In this document: positions 1 to 16,631 of the stretch, in pieces | Layout of the letters: the number at the start of each line of letters is the position of its first letter | How positions within the stretch are numbered: the stretch's first letter is position 1 | Assembly: GCA_030770535.1 (NCBI GenBank) | Contig: JASVEC010000013.1 | Coordinates: 868,001 to 932,000, forward strand | DNA: 64,000 nucleotides | Direction of reading: 5' to 3' | Source of the DNA: Batkoa obscura | Taxonomy: Eukaryota | Notes under the pieces: model-generated | What the model saw: only the letters and a program-made list of their open reading frames with translations | The model's database searches: none | Told to the model about the DNA's origin: nothing | Program-made: the position numbers and the translations under genes

Positions 1-397
1 TAGATTACTATCTATTGAAATTATAAATATTGTATGTATATATTATTGCGATATTATATATTATATTATTATGTGTTATTTTATATTATTACTATTTATT
101 TACCTTATTATCTTTTGATTGAAAACTACTTATTGCTATTCTATTATCTAAACAATTGGACCAATCTAAACAATAACTATTGAAATCTAAATGAATCTTT
201 TGATTAATTGTCATTTGAAATAAACTTCAATCAAATAAATTAAAAAAAGAAAATAACTTAAAGAATCAATTTGCAATTTTTAAATAACAGATTTTATTTT
301 TATTATATAATTATAGTTATATTAATATATTTTTTTGGTTAGCTATATAGAATTGTTTAATAAACAACTATTCTTTTGAAAATCTACCGATAATAAA

Positions 398-2374
398 TTA
401 ATCAACTTCTTCAATGGTTGGTCCATCAGCGCCTGGACCTGCTGGTGGAGCACCTGGGAAACCTCCTGGAGCACCCCCTGGAGCGCCTCCTGGGAAACCT
501 CCTGGGAAACCTCCTTCAGCACCTGGAGCACCTCCAGCAGCGTAAATCTTAGCCATAATTGGGTTAGCTACACCTTCAAGTTCCTTTTGACGCTCTTCAT
601 ATTCTTCTTTTGAAGCTTCATGAGAGTTATCTAACCATTCAGTGGCTTCTTTAATAGCAGCTTCAAGTTTTTCTTTATCAGCAGCTTCTAATTTACCAGC
701 AACCTTTTCATCATTAAGGGTATTACGTAAATTATAAGCATAAGATTCAAGTCCATTCTTAGCTGAGATACGGGCAGCAGCAGCTTCATCTTCAGATTTA
801 TATTTTTCAGCTTCAGCAACCATACGTTCAATATCTTCTTTAGAAAGACGACCTTTATCGTTAGTAATAGTAATCTTATTAGAGCGACCAGTAGATTTAT
901 CAGCAGCAGTAACATTCAAGATACCATTAGCATCAATATCAAAGGAAACTTCAATTTGTGGAACACCACGTGGTGCTGGTGGAATACCTGATAACTCGAA
1001 TTTACCTAATAAGTTATTATCCTTAGTACGGGCACGTTCACCTTCAAATACTTGGATTAATACACCAGGTTGGTTATCAGCATAAGTAGAGAAAGTTTCG
1101 GATTTCTTGGTTGGAACAGTGGTATTACGTTTGATAAGTGGAGTCATGACACCACCGGCAGTTTCAATACCAAGAGAAAGTGGAGCAACATCAAGAAGTA
1201 AAAGATCTTGAGTCTTTTCGGAGGTATCACCAGTTAAGATAGCAGCTTGGACAGCGGCACCATAAGCAACAGCTTCATCAGGGTTGATAGACTTATTTGG
1301 TTCTTTACCATTGAAATAATCAGAAACAAGCTTTTGGATCTTTGGAATACGAGTAGAACCACCAACAAGTACAATTTCATTGACAGCAGATTTATCAATC
1401 TTGGAGTCACGAAGTACTTTTTCTACTGGATCAACAGTGGAACGGAAAAGATCTTGGCAAAGTTCTTCGAAACGAGCACGGGTGATGGATGTATAGAAAT
1501 CAATACCTTCGAAAAGAGAATCAATTTCAATAGAAGTTTGAGCAGCAGAAGAAAGAGTACGCTTAGCACGTTCACAAGCAGTACGGAGACGACGCATAGC
1601 ACGAGCATTTGAAGAGATATCTTTCTTATTCTTACGCTTGAATTCTTGCATAAAGTGGTTAACAAGACGGTTATCGAAATCTTCACCACCTAAATGGGTA
1701 TCACCAGCAGTGGCTTTAACTTCAAAGATACCATCTTCAATGGATAAAAGGGAAACATCAAAAGTACCACCTCCTAAATCAAAGATAAGGACATTCTTTT
1801 CACCAGTGGTCTTAGAGTCAAGACCATAAGCAATAGCAGCAGCAGTAGGTTCGTTAATGATACGGAGAACATTAAGACCAGCAATGGCACCAGCATCTTT
1901 AGTAGCTTGACGTTGAGAATCATTGAAGTAAGCTGGGACAGTGACAACGGCATCAGTAACAGTTGTACCAAGATAAGCTTCAGCAGTTTCTCTCATTTTA
2001 ATGAGGACCATTGAAGAAATTTCTTCTGGAGTGAATTGTTTAGTTTCACCTTTATATTCAACTTGGATAATTGGTTTAGTTGATTTATCAATAACTTTGA
2101 ATGGCCAGTGTTTCATATCGGATTGAACTTCTGGTTCATCAAAACGACGACCGATAAGACGTTTAGCATCGAAAACGGTGTTGTATGGGTTCATAGCGAC
2201 TTGATTTTTAGCAGCATCACCAATTAAACGTTCAGAGTCAGTGAAAGCAACATAAGATGGGGTAGTACGGTTACCTTGATCGTTAGCAATAATTTCACAA
2301 CGATCATTTTGCCATACACCTACACATGAGTAAGTGGTACCTAAATCAATACCAATAGCACGAGATTTAGACAT
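398..2374 (-). CDS. HSP70: Cytosolic HSP70 (SSA-type), intronless
   Basis: [22 protein letters not shown] and [10 protein letters not shown] signatures; GGFP/GGAP repeats and C-terminal GPTIEEVD. Confidence 0.99.
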   Translation of the reverse strand: MSKSRAIGIDLGTTYSCVGVWQNDRCEIIANDQGNRTTPSYVAFTDSERLIGDAAKNQVAMNPYNTVFDAKRLIGRRFDEPEVQSDMKHWPFKVIDKSTKPIIQVEYKGETKQFTPEEISSMVLIKMRETAEAYLGTTVTDAVVTVPAYFNDSQRQATKDAGAIAGLNVLRIINEPTAAAIAYGLDSKTTGEKNVLIFDLGGGTFDVSLLSIEDGIFEVKATAGDTHLGGEDFDNRLVNHFMQEFKRKNKKDISSNARAMRRLRTACERAKRTLSSAAQTSIEIDSLFEGIDFYTSITRARFEELCQDLFRSTVDPVEKVLRDSKIDKSAVNEIVLVGGSTRIPKIQKLVSDYFNGKEPNKSINPDEAVAYGAAVQAAILTGDTSEKTQDLLLLDVAPLSLGIETAGGVMTPLIKRNTTVPTKKSETFSTYADNQPGVLIQVFEGERARTKDNNLLGKFELSGIPPAPRGVPQIEVSFDIDANGILNVTAADKSTGRSNKITITNDKGRLSKEDIERMVAEAEKYKSEDEAAAARISAKNGLESYAYNLRNTLNDEKVAGKLEAADKEKLEAAIKEATEWLDNSHEASKEEYEERQKELEGVANPIMAKIYAAGGAPGAEGGFPGGFPGGAPGGAPGGFPGAPPAGPGADGPTIEEVD

Positions 2375-2506
2375 ATTTTATAAATTTATACAATGAGAAG
2401 ATATATAAGATTTCTAATAAATGACCAATTTGACTTTTTTATCTTTTTATACTATTTCGAGTATTTGTATAATAATGCTTGAGTATTCACTAATTGGCTC
2501 TTTCTT

Positions 2507-2521
2507 TTTCTAGAAGATTCA
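2507..2521. promoter_or_regulatory. Heat-shock element upstream of HSP70
   Basis: TTCtaGAAgaTTC (three alternating nGAAn units) ~135 bp upstream of the HSP70 ATG, with a TATA-like TATAAAAG and a CCAAT on the minus strand between them. Confidence 0.8.
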
Positions 2522-3581
2522 AGTAAATACTACTAAAGTTATCTCCTTCCTTTATTTTGATTCGTTATCATAATCACTTCGAATTTACGATGAGCTAACA
2601 TTTCATTGGTTAAGAATAATTAACTCATAATTACAACATTTTTTAGTATTTAGAGATATTAAATTTAATATAAAAAATAGTCCGTAATATTTGTGAGTTC
2701 ATATCACTACTATTTTATAAGGTATCTAAATATAACAAATTGTATAAAATAAAATAATAAAACTGTTAGATTATTACCATTACAACTCTATCAAAAATAT
2801 TATTTATCGAATAATAAATCATAAGCCTCATCAAAAACAATTCCAAATTTTGAAAGATTGTAGAATTTGTTTTAAGTTTCATGATGGAAAACGTGTCTGA
2901 AATGGAAAATTACTTTATAAAAAAAACTTAATTGATTTTGTAAAATTAAAATTAAGTTGTCATTTTCGAATAAATTTTAAATTATTCAAATAAATGTTTA
3001 TAAATAAATTTAGTTAAAACTTTCAATTCAGAAGTTAATATTATTTAAATGTAAATTTTTTATTAAGTATTATTTTATTATCTTTTCTTTAATCTTTTCT
3101 TAATTTTTTGATGTTTCTATACTCAAAAAACTAGTTTAAGTTAAAAAATAAAGTGTTTTTACTTTTATATACATTGTCACTAACCTATATTAGTGTTTAA
3201 ATTTTATTTTAGACAGTTATTAGTCTAATTTTAATTATTTATACTTATTGCTTGATCTAACCATTAGTTTTACAATTTATCCTTATTATTTATTAACATT
3301 AATATTCAAAAATAAACAAATTAAATGTTTATTATTTTTTCAATGGAAATATATAATTATTCTATAAATTATCTAAGGTTTAGGTTTTTTGAATGTATAC
3401 GTTTTAAAACTTCAAATAAATACTAATAAATATCATTATGATAAATCTATCACGCATCAGGAATTTTGATTAGAATTTTAATATAACATAAGCAAACATT
3501 AGGAATAATAATAAAAATACAAATGTCTTTCCCTGGCTTTTACTTAGCATTCATTTAATCTTTTATTTTTTATTAAAATTT

Positions 3582-5801
3582 CTAATGTCTATCACGTGGT
3601 CTATAAAAACAGCTATTAGTTTACATTCTCAACTTTATGATAATGAATTACCTTGGAGCAGCACGAATAATATCATCAACTCTAATGATCATTTCAGCTG
3701 CTTCTGAAGCACTTAATAAAACCTGTGATTTTAACTTGTAAGATTCTGTTACTCCAAGCTCACGTACATTAGCTACTTTGCCATTATACATATCTAATTA
3801 TTATTAGTAAATAATCAATTTTATAAAAATAAGAGATCTTACCAAGTCCACTTTCATTGAGTCCTTCATAATGAGCTGAGCGAAGTTGGGAAACTAATTC
3901 AGAACTATCATAACCTGCATTGTCAGCAAGGTAGGTTGGAAGCTAAGATTTGTTTTAGATTCATAGTTAAATAAAACTAATTAAGTTTTTACCTGACGAA
4001 GAGCTCTTGCAAAAGCTTCAATAGCCATGGCTTTTTTACCTGGGGTTTTTGAAGCAATTTCTTCAGCAGCTTTTGACATTAGCATTTCAGAGCATCCTAA
4101 ATTGATGTTAAATAAAATAATGATTAAACTTTGTTTTAAATTACCTCCACCCAAAACAGTTTTTGGTTGTTTAACAGTTTGTGATAAAACGGATAAAGCA
4201 TCGTGAAGAGAACGTTCAGCTTCATCTAATAATTGATTGGTAGCACCACGTAGAACAACAGTACAAGCTTCACCAGCAGCAACACCAGAGAATTTAATCA
4301 TTTTATCTTCACCAATAATGATTTCTTCAATTAAATCACAGTGGCCAACTTTAACTAAATCAGGATGATCAAAAGTAGAAGCAATTTCACCACCTTTTTA
4401 ATATTAATAAAAAAAATTCAACAAATACTGGATCAAATATTACCTGTAACTAAAGAAAGACGCTCAACACCATCGAAATCAGCATGCTCAATGGCCATAA
4501 CACCAGAATCAGCAAAAAGCTGTTCGGGCCAATTATAAATTAATTGGCGATTAACAAAGCAGTTAATACCGTGGGCTTTAATTTTTTCTACTTTTTCCTT
4601 CATTTTTTCCTAATCAATTATAAGTCTTCTTTTCTATTACGATTAAATTTATGTATTTACTCTTTCAGCTCTTTCTAATTCAGCTAACTTTCCAGTTGCA
4701 TCTACTTTTACTCTAGCACCAAAGATTTTAATTTTATCAGTATCCATAGCTATAAAAATGGATTTAATATAATTTTCTACTAAAATAATTGAGACTTACA
4801 TGTATTGGCAATAAGAATTTTAGCATTTTCAATACGTTTAGGTTGATTTACACCAATTTTTTTGTCAAGAATAAAACCTTTAAAAATATTAAAACTTATT
4901 TAAAAAATACTGAGTAATTACCTTCGTCTAAAAAGGAATCTGAAAGTTTTCCCCCTACTTTTTTAATAATTTGAATGTTTTCTAAGTTAGTGCTACCCTA
5001 CAACTAATGTTAACTTTGAACTTCTATTCTATTATTGCTATAAGTACCTTTAATCTTAAAACAGCATCTACTGCAAGGTTAGAAAAGTATTCTTTATCAG
5101 AGGATAAAACTTTAGAACTTAAAGTAGTACGAGCAATATTAACGAGATCTTTTCTAAAGTCTTCAGTTGAAGCGCTAAAATAATAAGTTTTATTCAACTT
5201 TCATTAGTACTAAAAAATACCTATTATCAATAGCAGCTTCAGCGAGAGCCTCATAAGCAGCTTTAGAAGCAATACGGAAACCATCGATAATAGTTTGTGG
5301 ATGAATTCTTAAGTTAATAAGTTTTTCAGCTTCTCTTAAAAGTTCAGCAGCTAAAACGCAAACGGAAGTTGTACCATCACCAACTTCGTCATCTTGTACT
5401 TTGGATAAATTGACTAGTACTTTAGCTGCTGCGTTATCGAGCGCAATAGACTTAAGGATAGTGGCTCCATCATTGGTTACCATAATTTCACCAGTAGATG
5501 AACTTTGTAAAATTTTATCCTATTTTTAAATGTTAATGGAAATCAATCATAGGATTTTTTTGATCTACCATTCCTTTTGGACCTAAAGTACTCTTTACTA
5601 AATCTCCTACGGCAATAGCTCCGATAAAAGAAGACTATACTATTATTAATATTATTATTTATATATCGTGCTGTAGCTTACTAAACGGGCATTTTCAGCA
5701 CGCTCTTCGGTGGAATTATCAGCTAAAATTTGAATTGGCGCTAAAGACTAAGTAAAAGGATTATTATTATGTCTATATATTATTGTTATTAATAATACCA
5801 T
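3582..5801 (-). CDS. CCT2: Chaperonin CCT/TCP-1 subunit beta, multi-exon (first coding exon is the ATG alone)
   Basis: Spliced translation gives [57 protein letters not shown]...[14 protein letters not shown] introns. Confidence 0.96.
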
Positions 5802-6119
5802 AGTTTTATTTTATTTATTTATAAACAAAATGAGTTTTTACTTTTGATAAATTTTTGATACTAGCTAAATCTGGTTGGCTAATTTTACTTGACCCAATCT
5901 CTTGAACTTTAGGTCTCATTTTGGTTGTCAGTTAATTAGCCAATCAAACTTCAGACTCTGCTCAGGTAAAAATAGCTGCAAGAAAGGGACTAAGTTTCAT
6001 TTGATTTGGTTAAAATTTATAAAACCAAATAAAAGCAACTATTTTAAATTTTAAATTTTTATTTCCATCATTCACTAGTAATTGTTTAGAAGAGAAATCA
6101 GTTGAGAGTATATAACAAA

Positions 6120-6634
6120 ATGTATAGAAGAAAGTTGATACATAAGGGCAAAAAAGCACCTGAAGGATTTGAAAAGATAGCACCAGTGTTACAAGAGTTT
6201 GCTACAAAGATGCGTGAAGGTAAGTAGTATATTCTTACGTTTAGAACTTTATAAATACAACTATTAATAAGAATAAATAATATTTAGCTGAAAACGAACA
6301 GCATGAAGGTAAACGTAAAGTTGAAGCATTATGGCCAATCTTTCGAGTCCATCATCAAAGAAATAGATATATCTATGAAATGTATTATAAAAGAAAAACA
6401 ATTTCTAAAGAAGTTTTTGAATACTGTGTTAAAATCAATATTGCTGATAGAAACTTGATTGCTAAATGGAAGAAGCCAGGGTTTGAAAAATTGTGCTGTT
6501 TAAGATGCGTACAGCCAAAAGATACAAATTTTGGTAATACTTGTATTTGTCGTGTACCTAAATCAAAGCTTGAAGAAGGTAGGGTGGTTGAGTGTGTTCA
6601 TTGTGGTTGTAGAGGTTGTTGCTCAGGTGATTAA
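6120..6634 (+). CDS. BUD31: Splicing factor BUD31/G10, 2 exons
   Basis: [20 protein letters not shown] and LCCLRC...CICRVPK...[10 protein letters not shown]; intron ~6219-6287. Confidence 0.96.
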
Positions 6635-6971
6635 ACAAAGTAGAAAATTTATACTTTGGGATAGATCAACCAAGGCGTCTTTTTTTGATTTATGTCTTTT
6701 ATTTGTATCAACCTGCTTTTGATTAATACAATAAAGTCAGTAGCTATAAAGCAATAAAAAGGAATATATGAAAATCAATTTTTTTTGTAAGTCATTTAAC
6801 ATTAATAAAATAAATAGCTTTTTTAAAATTAATCAAACAATAATTGCTAAAAAATTCTAATTAATTTATTTTTAAAACTCCAAGTTAGTTTTATAACAAG
6901 ATAAGAACGAGATTTAACAAAAAATTTAAAGTTATTAAATTAATGCCAACCAACAAAGTTTTTAAATTATA

Positions 6972-10171
<3,200 letters not shown>

Positions 10172-12376
10172 AGTTGATTTTAAGTTTGTTACTATATTTT
10201 TCGTTTTGTTTTGTATAGAATAGGTTAATTGTGCTAAGAAAGAGGTGTGGCTTAGTTGATTAATTAAAGGGCCTTAAACTAGTCTTATTTCAAATAAGTA
10301 GTAGGTAAGAGTGAGATTTAAATCCGATTAAATTATTAGACAAAATTAAATAGTTTACGTTGATGTATCAATAAATGCTTTGATGATTGTTAATTAAATA
10401 TAGAATCAGCTATAACCGCTCATATAAAATTCAATTGAAATTTTGACTTCAGTTGTGTAAACTTTTAGAAATTGAATTTTTATGCAAAAGAGAAAAATGC
10501 AAAATTCAATTCATTTTTTGACTATAAATAACTATTTGTTTTAGTATAAATAAAAGAATTAAATATTCATATAGAATAAATTATCAACTAAAGATATACT
10601 TATACCCATTTATAATTTAATATATTATGATCAAACTATGTATATTAAACATATTCATAGTTTACAGCTTATGAGCTAATTTGATATTTAATGTATTAAT
10701 ATACGGAACTGTTGACTATAAAGTTTTACCCTTAATGAGTACTTATCAATATTACTTATAACCGATTCCCTTCTACAGACTGACATTAATATGTAAATAT
10801 TAAAAATTGGCATAATTTTGATTAAAATACCTTTTTTAAATATTAACAACGTAGCATGCATGCTTTTGAAAACGTAAAATAATATTTGTTGCAACTTATT
10901 TTTTAGAATATTAATGCAGCTGCTATTATAACATAATCTTTATAGTAGCATTATTAGCCGTTAACAAGATCACTTTAACCACCATAATAACTTATAAATA
11001 TAGCATATAACTGTATTTCAAAGAATAAAATTTAGTTTAATAATTTTAAGATATGTTTTTTAAACTACTTTAACTTTTTTCTAAATATTGCATTATAAAT
11101 ATCATGAATTTAATAACCTTGTATGTATTTAATGTTATGATATATAAAAGCTTGTTATTTTAATTTCTTTGCAGACGGATTTTTTAAAACGGAAAAATAA
11201 AGCCATGACTTGAATGTTTTTATTGATAGATTTATTTAAAGATAACTTTATTTATTAGTATTATGGTGTAATTTATTGTTTGTTATTAAGAACTTTGTTA
11301 AAAAAATATAGATTTATTAAAATTTAGTTCACATTTACATTTTATATTAAGTTTGATTTTGTAAATTTTATTTTATTTTAATTAAATTGTAGAAAATACT
11401 TTTATATTTGTAAATCACAAAACTCATTATTAATAAAATTATGTGTATTTTATCGCACTTTTAACATGAATCAATACAATATTGAATAATCTAAAATATA
11501 ATAAAAAAGTAACTTTATTAAACCCATTTATTAAAATTTTAATACAATTTAAACATTAATTTTTTTGATCCTTACCCAAGGGACATTGTTTTATAAACAA
11601 TGAAAGGTGAAAAGTAGAACCTGCAGTGAGAAACAATTCCTAAGGAATAGTAGGTAAGCAATAAGAAGAAAAAAGACTCAAACTAAATCTAGACAGCTAG
11701 AAATAAAGGGCAACAGTACGATATTAAGGAGGAAAAAGAAGGTGCTAATCAATAATCTTAACCCGAGGGTCAAAGGAAATACTAGTAAGAGATTTTAAAC
11801 TGATTTAAAAGAATAAATATTCGGATAAACGTTTCAATTAGAAAATCGGCCTTTAAAAATGATATATTATGAAAAATAAAGGCAATGTATTTAAGGTAGT
11901 GAAACTGTAACTTTATATAGTAGTCTTATAATATTATATATTGATTAATTGATATTCAAGTTTACTTATTTAAACTTTTAAACTAACAAATATTGATGGT
12001 TTGTGGTATGAATACAATTATTTTGCAAAGTAAACACAATTTTACTCAATTAAAAGCTGCAAAAACCGGAGTAAAATATTTTCAATTTACTCTCATTAAA
12101 TGAAATAATTGTCATTCAAGTTTAAAAAGCAAAAGATTTCTTAAAAAGTCAATTTTATTGGCTATTTGCTTTCAAAACGAGCAAACCACCCCAACACCCC
12201 ACCAATGATGGGAAGCTAAGCCCGTAGTCGAGCCAATCAACATAAGGGTAGTAGGGAATAAATAATCAAGAAATTTAAGTAACTTGCTCTTTTCTCAAAA
12301 CTAAATTGAAAAGGAATTAACCTACATCCAAATTCCATCTATATATAAATTGAAGCAATTACAAAGAAGAAGGCTT

Positions 12377-12454
12377 ATGTTTTTTAATTTTAATATCTTT
12401 ACAACTATATCTCATATACGATTAAAATACAAGTGTAAATTTCAATATAATTAA
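12377..12454 (+). promoter_or_regulatory. Poor-context upstream ORF (25 codons) in the eIF5 leader
   Basis: cttATGt (pyrimidine at -3, T at +4), open to TAA at 12452-12454; a leader intron 12474-12519 (GTAAGG...ATAG) would remove the ATG at 12511. Confidence 0.6.
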
Positions 12455-12522
12455 AAGTTAACCAAATTAAATAGTAAGGATTTACTCATTCTAAAAAAGT
12501 AAAATTTAACATGAAATAGAAA

Positions 12523-13976
12523 ATGACTAACATTAACATCCGTCGTGATAGTAACGATCCTTTCTATCGTTACAAAATGCCAAAGCTTATCTCAAAGGTA
12601 AAGACTCTGATTTGTTTACAATTTAATTATTAATTATTTTAGATTGAAGGTAAAGGTAATGGTATTAAAACTGTCATTCCAAATATGCCAGAGATTGCTA
12701 AGGCTTTAAGTCGTCCACCTGAGTGTAATACTAGCATTTATAGTTTGATTTCATATGCTAATTAATTTAGATCCAACCAAATTCTTTGGATGTGAGTTAG
12801 GTGCGCAAGTTAAAAGTGAAGCCAAAAATGATAGATATATTGTAAATGGAGCCCATGAAGCCGAAAAGCTTCAAGATTTATTATACTTGTTTATTGAAAA
12901 ATTCGTATTGTGTAAAGAATGTAAAAATCCAGAAACTGATTTAGTAGGTATTTTTATTTTAATCCGTAAATAAAAACTAAATAATTTTCAGTTTATTCTT
13001 AAAGATCAATCAATCATTAGAGATTGTAAAGCCTGTGGAAAACGTTCTGGTGTTGATATGAAACATCGTCTTTCTGTTTTTATTATTAAGAACCCTCCCC
13101 CACCTCCAAAAAAAATGTAATTAAAATTTATAGCTATTTGTTTTTATATTGACAGCATTTTAGTAAGAAATCAGTTAAAGCCTCAGAGGATGGCACTTTC
13201 GGAGGAGGAAGCCCCGAACAAAAAGAATCTGATGACGAAGATGAGCTTACTGCAAGGATCAATCGTGAAGCAGCTCAACTTGCTAATTTAGAAGTTGATG
13301 ACAATGATTGGGCTGTCGATATGTCACCAGAAGCTATTGAAAGGCGTACCAAAGAACTTCAAGAAGGCATTAACAGCCTCATTTTGGAGGATGAGGATGA
13401 GGATGAAGGTGATAACCCATACGAAAAGTTTGGCACTGAATTAGAAGGAAACGTTTCTGTTAGTGATGAAGAAATCATTAAATGTGCCGAAAAGCATGGC
13501 GTTTTAGGGAAACATCGTACTGTCCAAGTATTAGTTCAAGTTATCTTTAATGAAAAAATTGTTTCTCAGCTTCCTAAAAGAGTTAAATTGTTACGCAAGG
13601 TAAATTGATAATAATTATGATAAGTGATGTACTAACCCGATATAGTTTATCACTGGAGAAAAACATCAAAAAGCCTTGTTGGGCGGAATTGAGCGTTTAG
13701 TTGGTATTACTTTTCCTAATCTTATGGTCAAAGTACCTGTTATTCTTAAATTGATTTATGACTTCGACTTAGTTGAAGAGGAAATCTTTTTAAAGTGGGG
13801 AGAAAAGCCTAGTAAGAAATATGTGGACAAGAAGATTAGTAAAATTATTAAGGAAAAGGCCCAGCCTTTTCTTAGTTGGTTAGAGTAGGTTTATTATAAT
13901 TTAAGTAATTGAACAAGTATTAATTCTATTTTATAGAGAAGCTGAAGAAGAAACTTCTGATGAAGATGACGAATAG
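12523..13976 (+). CDS. TIF5: Translation initiation factor eIF5, multi-exon
   Basis: [50 protein letters not shown] zinc finger, W2 domain ending [12 protein letters not shown]. Confidence 0.97.
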
Positions 13977-14097
13977 TTTGTTTTTAAGTATATATTAAAC
14001 TGGAATCGAATTTTGAATTATTATTGTTTTTAAATTATTCTGTCTTAATAAGTAAAAGATAAATATATTAAACAACATCAATTTTATTTATAATATT

Positions 14098-15324
14098 TTA
14101 TAAATCAATAGTTTTAGATTGCTCTTGAATTGATACTAGAATAGTATCAGCAATCTCCTTTTTATTTAATTTAACAAAAGCATTGTAGAATGCTAATAAA
14201 ACTTCTTGATTGAGTTTAATTGTAGTATTTAAATAAAAATCCCAAATAGCTACTAAAACATCTGCTTCTCTTTGTACACAACAACTAATTAGTTGTAAAT
14301 AAAACTTAGGATTGAGGGAATAGCCATAATGAATTGTTTGCTCTAAAAACTTTAAACTCACCTCATAACGTTGGTTTTTTACTAGACCAATAACCATTTT
14401 TTCCATACAAAGACGATCAGGTTGGATATTTAAATTTAACAAAGAATTGAATAGCATCAAAGCTTGATCCACTTGCTTTAATTTTAAATTTGCTATGATC
14501 AAAGGTCCGATAATATGATTTGTAGGTTTAACGCCTTCTTCCAACATTTGATAATAATAGGTTAGCGCCAAGTTGTATTTATTTCTATTCAAACAGCTAA
14601 CAATGATAGTAGAATAAGTAACATTATTAATTGTTAATTGTGTTTGAAATTTTATATATCTATAAATCGAACGTATTTTTTTAAAGTCTCCAACCCTTCC
14701 ATAACCTAAGATCAAGTTAGTATAAGTAACAATATCATAATCAACCTCATTTTCTTTATATATCTGTTCCACTTTATCCATATCTAAATCCAATTTTAAT
14801 ACATTAGCATAGATAAAACAATTTACACAATTTCGATCTAGTTTGACTTTAAACTGGTTTAAGTTATTATATAGTCTCTCCAATAGTAAAAATGCTTCGT
14901 CTTTAATATAGGTTTTAAACTTATACTGAAACTTAAAGTGGTCAATTATAGCTCTAAGGACCAAACTTATGAGATTATAATTGATATATGTATGGGTTCG
15001 AAATAAGTATAACTCAATGAGGTCAATACACTTGTTAAAATCTTTTTTTAAAATGTGTTGATGTAAGATGGACGCTATCTCTTCATTAATTATTATCTTT
15101 GGTTTTTTATATACTTCCAAAACGATTGGTTTATCAGCTTTAAGTTTATCTAACCATTTTTCGGTACCTATTGTTGATTCATAACGTATATTTTGATAGT
15201 TGTGATTCTTTATTATACATTGTAGACTTTTATTGTTTTTTATTAATCTTGTTAAATTATATGATTTTTTCATCATTTTTAAAGAATGGCTATCAAAACT
15301 GACAAGTTTAAAAATACAGTTCAT
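14098..15324 (-). CDS. Pentatricopeptide-repeat protein, probably mitochondrial
   Basis: PPR motifs DIVTYTNLILGYGRVGD and NNVTYSTIIVSCL...MLEEGVKP; basic N-terminus; first ATG at 15324. Confidence 0.85.
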   Translation of the reverse strand: MNCIFKLVSFDSHSLKMMKKSYNLTRLIKNNKSLQCIIKNHNYQNIRYESTIGTEKWLDKLKADKPIVLEVYKKPKIIINEEIASILHQHILKKDFNKCIDLIELYLFRTHTYINYNLISLVLRAIIDHFKFQYKFKTYIKDEAFLLLERLYNNLNQFKVKLDRNCVNCFIYANVLKLDLDMDKVEQIYKENEVDYDIVTYTNLILGYGRVGDFKKIRSIYRYIKFQTQLTINNVTYSTIIVSCLNRNKYNLALTYYYQMLEEGVKPTNHIIGPLIIANLKLKQVDQALMLFNSLLNLNIQPDRLCMEKMVIGLVKNQRYEVSLKFLEQTIHYGYSLNPKFYLQLISCCVQREADVLVAIWDFYLNTTIKLNQEVLLAFYNAFVKLNKKEIADTILVSIQEQSKTIDL

Positions 15325-15422
15325 TTTGTGCAAAAAGTTGCGTTAAAAAGCGAAAAAAGCAAAAATCAAGTCGCTATTTAGTCAGTTAACAGAAAATTCG
15401 TGGCTTAAAATTTACAATCAAA

Positions 15423-15997
15423 ATGGATCCCAAAGTTTCAGCAAACAATAAAGGACGTAATTTCTTAGCAGTAATAGGGGATGAGGTAAGCAAGAGATTA
15501 GGAAAGCAAAATGTAAAAGTATGGATTCATTTGCTTTAATTAGGATACTGTAACTGGATTATTATTATCTGGGGTAGGGCACATTGATGCACAGCAAAAA
15601 AGTAATTTCATGGTGGTTGATAACAGTAAGTAGAATTTAAAGAATTTAGAAGAATTGAGTATTAACAATGATACTAGAAACTCAGTTAGATACTTTAGAA
15701 ACAACTTTCAATGAGTTTACTGAGCGTAAAGATATTGCTATTATTTTAATTAATCAACATGTAAGTTTCATTTAATTACAACTTCTAGTTTATTAATTTT
15801 GTCATAAGGTTGCTGAGCAGATCAGACCATTGATTGATGGTTACACCCAAGCTTTTCCTACTATTTTAGAAATTCCTTCAAAGGACCATCCTTATGGTAA
15901 TTATTTTTAAATGATATGAATATTTATTAATAGCAATAATTTAGATCCATCCAAGGATTCTGTATTAAAAAGAGTACAACGCTTATTTGGAGAATAA
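15423..15997 (+). CDS. VMA7: V-ATPase subunit F, 6 exons
   Basis: [64 protein letters not shown]. Confidence 0.97.
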
Positions 15998-16631
15998 ATA
16001 TAAGATAGTAAAAATCAACTATTTAATTATAATTAGGCAGAACTACAAATCATTATTTTGACTACTGCAAACCTTTTTTAGTACGATTTATTAAATGAAA
16101 CTGGAAAAATGAATTTTATTTTCAATTACATTAAAAATGTTATTATTTGATATTCTATAGTTTACGATCGATCCGTAATAACTAGATTAATACTTGTTTT
16201 TTTTAGCTAAATTGGGGTTGTAGGCTTATCATTATAATCGAAGTTTATGTTATTAAAATAAGGTTCTATTAAATAACGTTCTTTTTTGTACCTTGAAGGT
16301 CATATTATACAGTATTTATATTATCAATTATTTAGGTATTAATTAAATGGCAACATATAACAAGATTGAACTTTCATTTTACTTTTTAATTTTCATTTAC
16401 TAATTGCTAGACATTTAGACATTTTCTCATTTTTCATTATCCTTAGTATGTAGCGTATTATTGAATTTCATATCTGTATTTCTTGTAAAAATATACATGG
16501 CAACATTTATAAATTAAGAGAGTATAATTGAGTAAAGATACAAGCGGTTCCAAGCTGATAGTAACATCAAGCTTGGTTATGTTAAATGAGAATAAAAGAA
16601 TTAAAAGTAGTAATTTGTAAAAATCCAATGT

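Noticed and set aside
343..1971. Overlapping and antisense ORFs inside HSP70
   Set aside because: Shadow frames caused by strong codon bias; no independent motifs
16550..16576. Hairpin CCAAGCTGAT...ATCAAGCTTGG downstream of the PPR gene (SECIS or ncRNA?)
   Set aside because: Too short, no SECIS core, and no in-frame TGA in neighbouring genes
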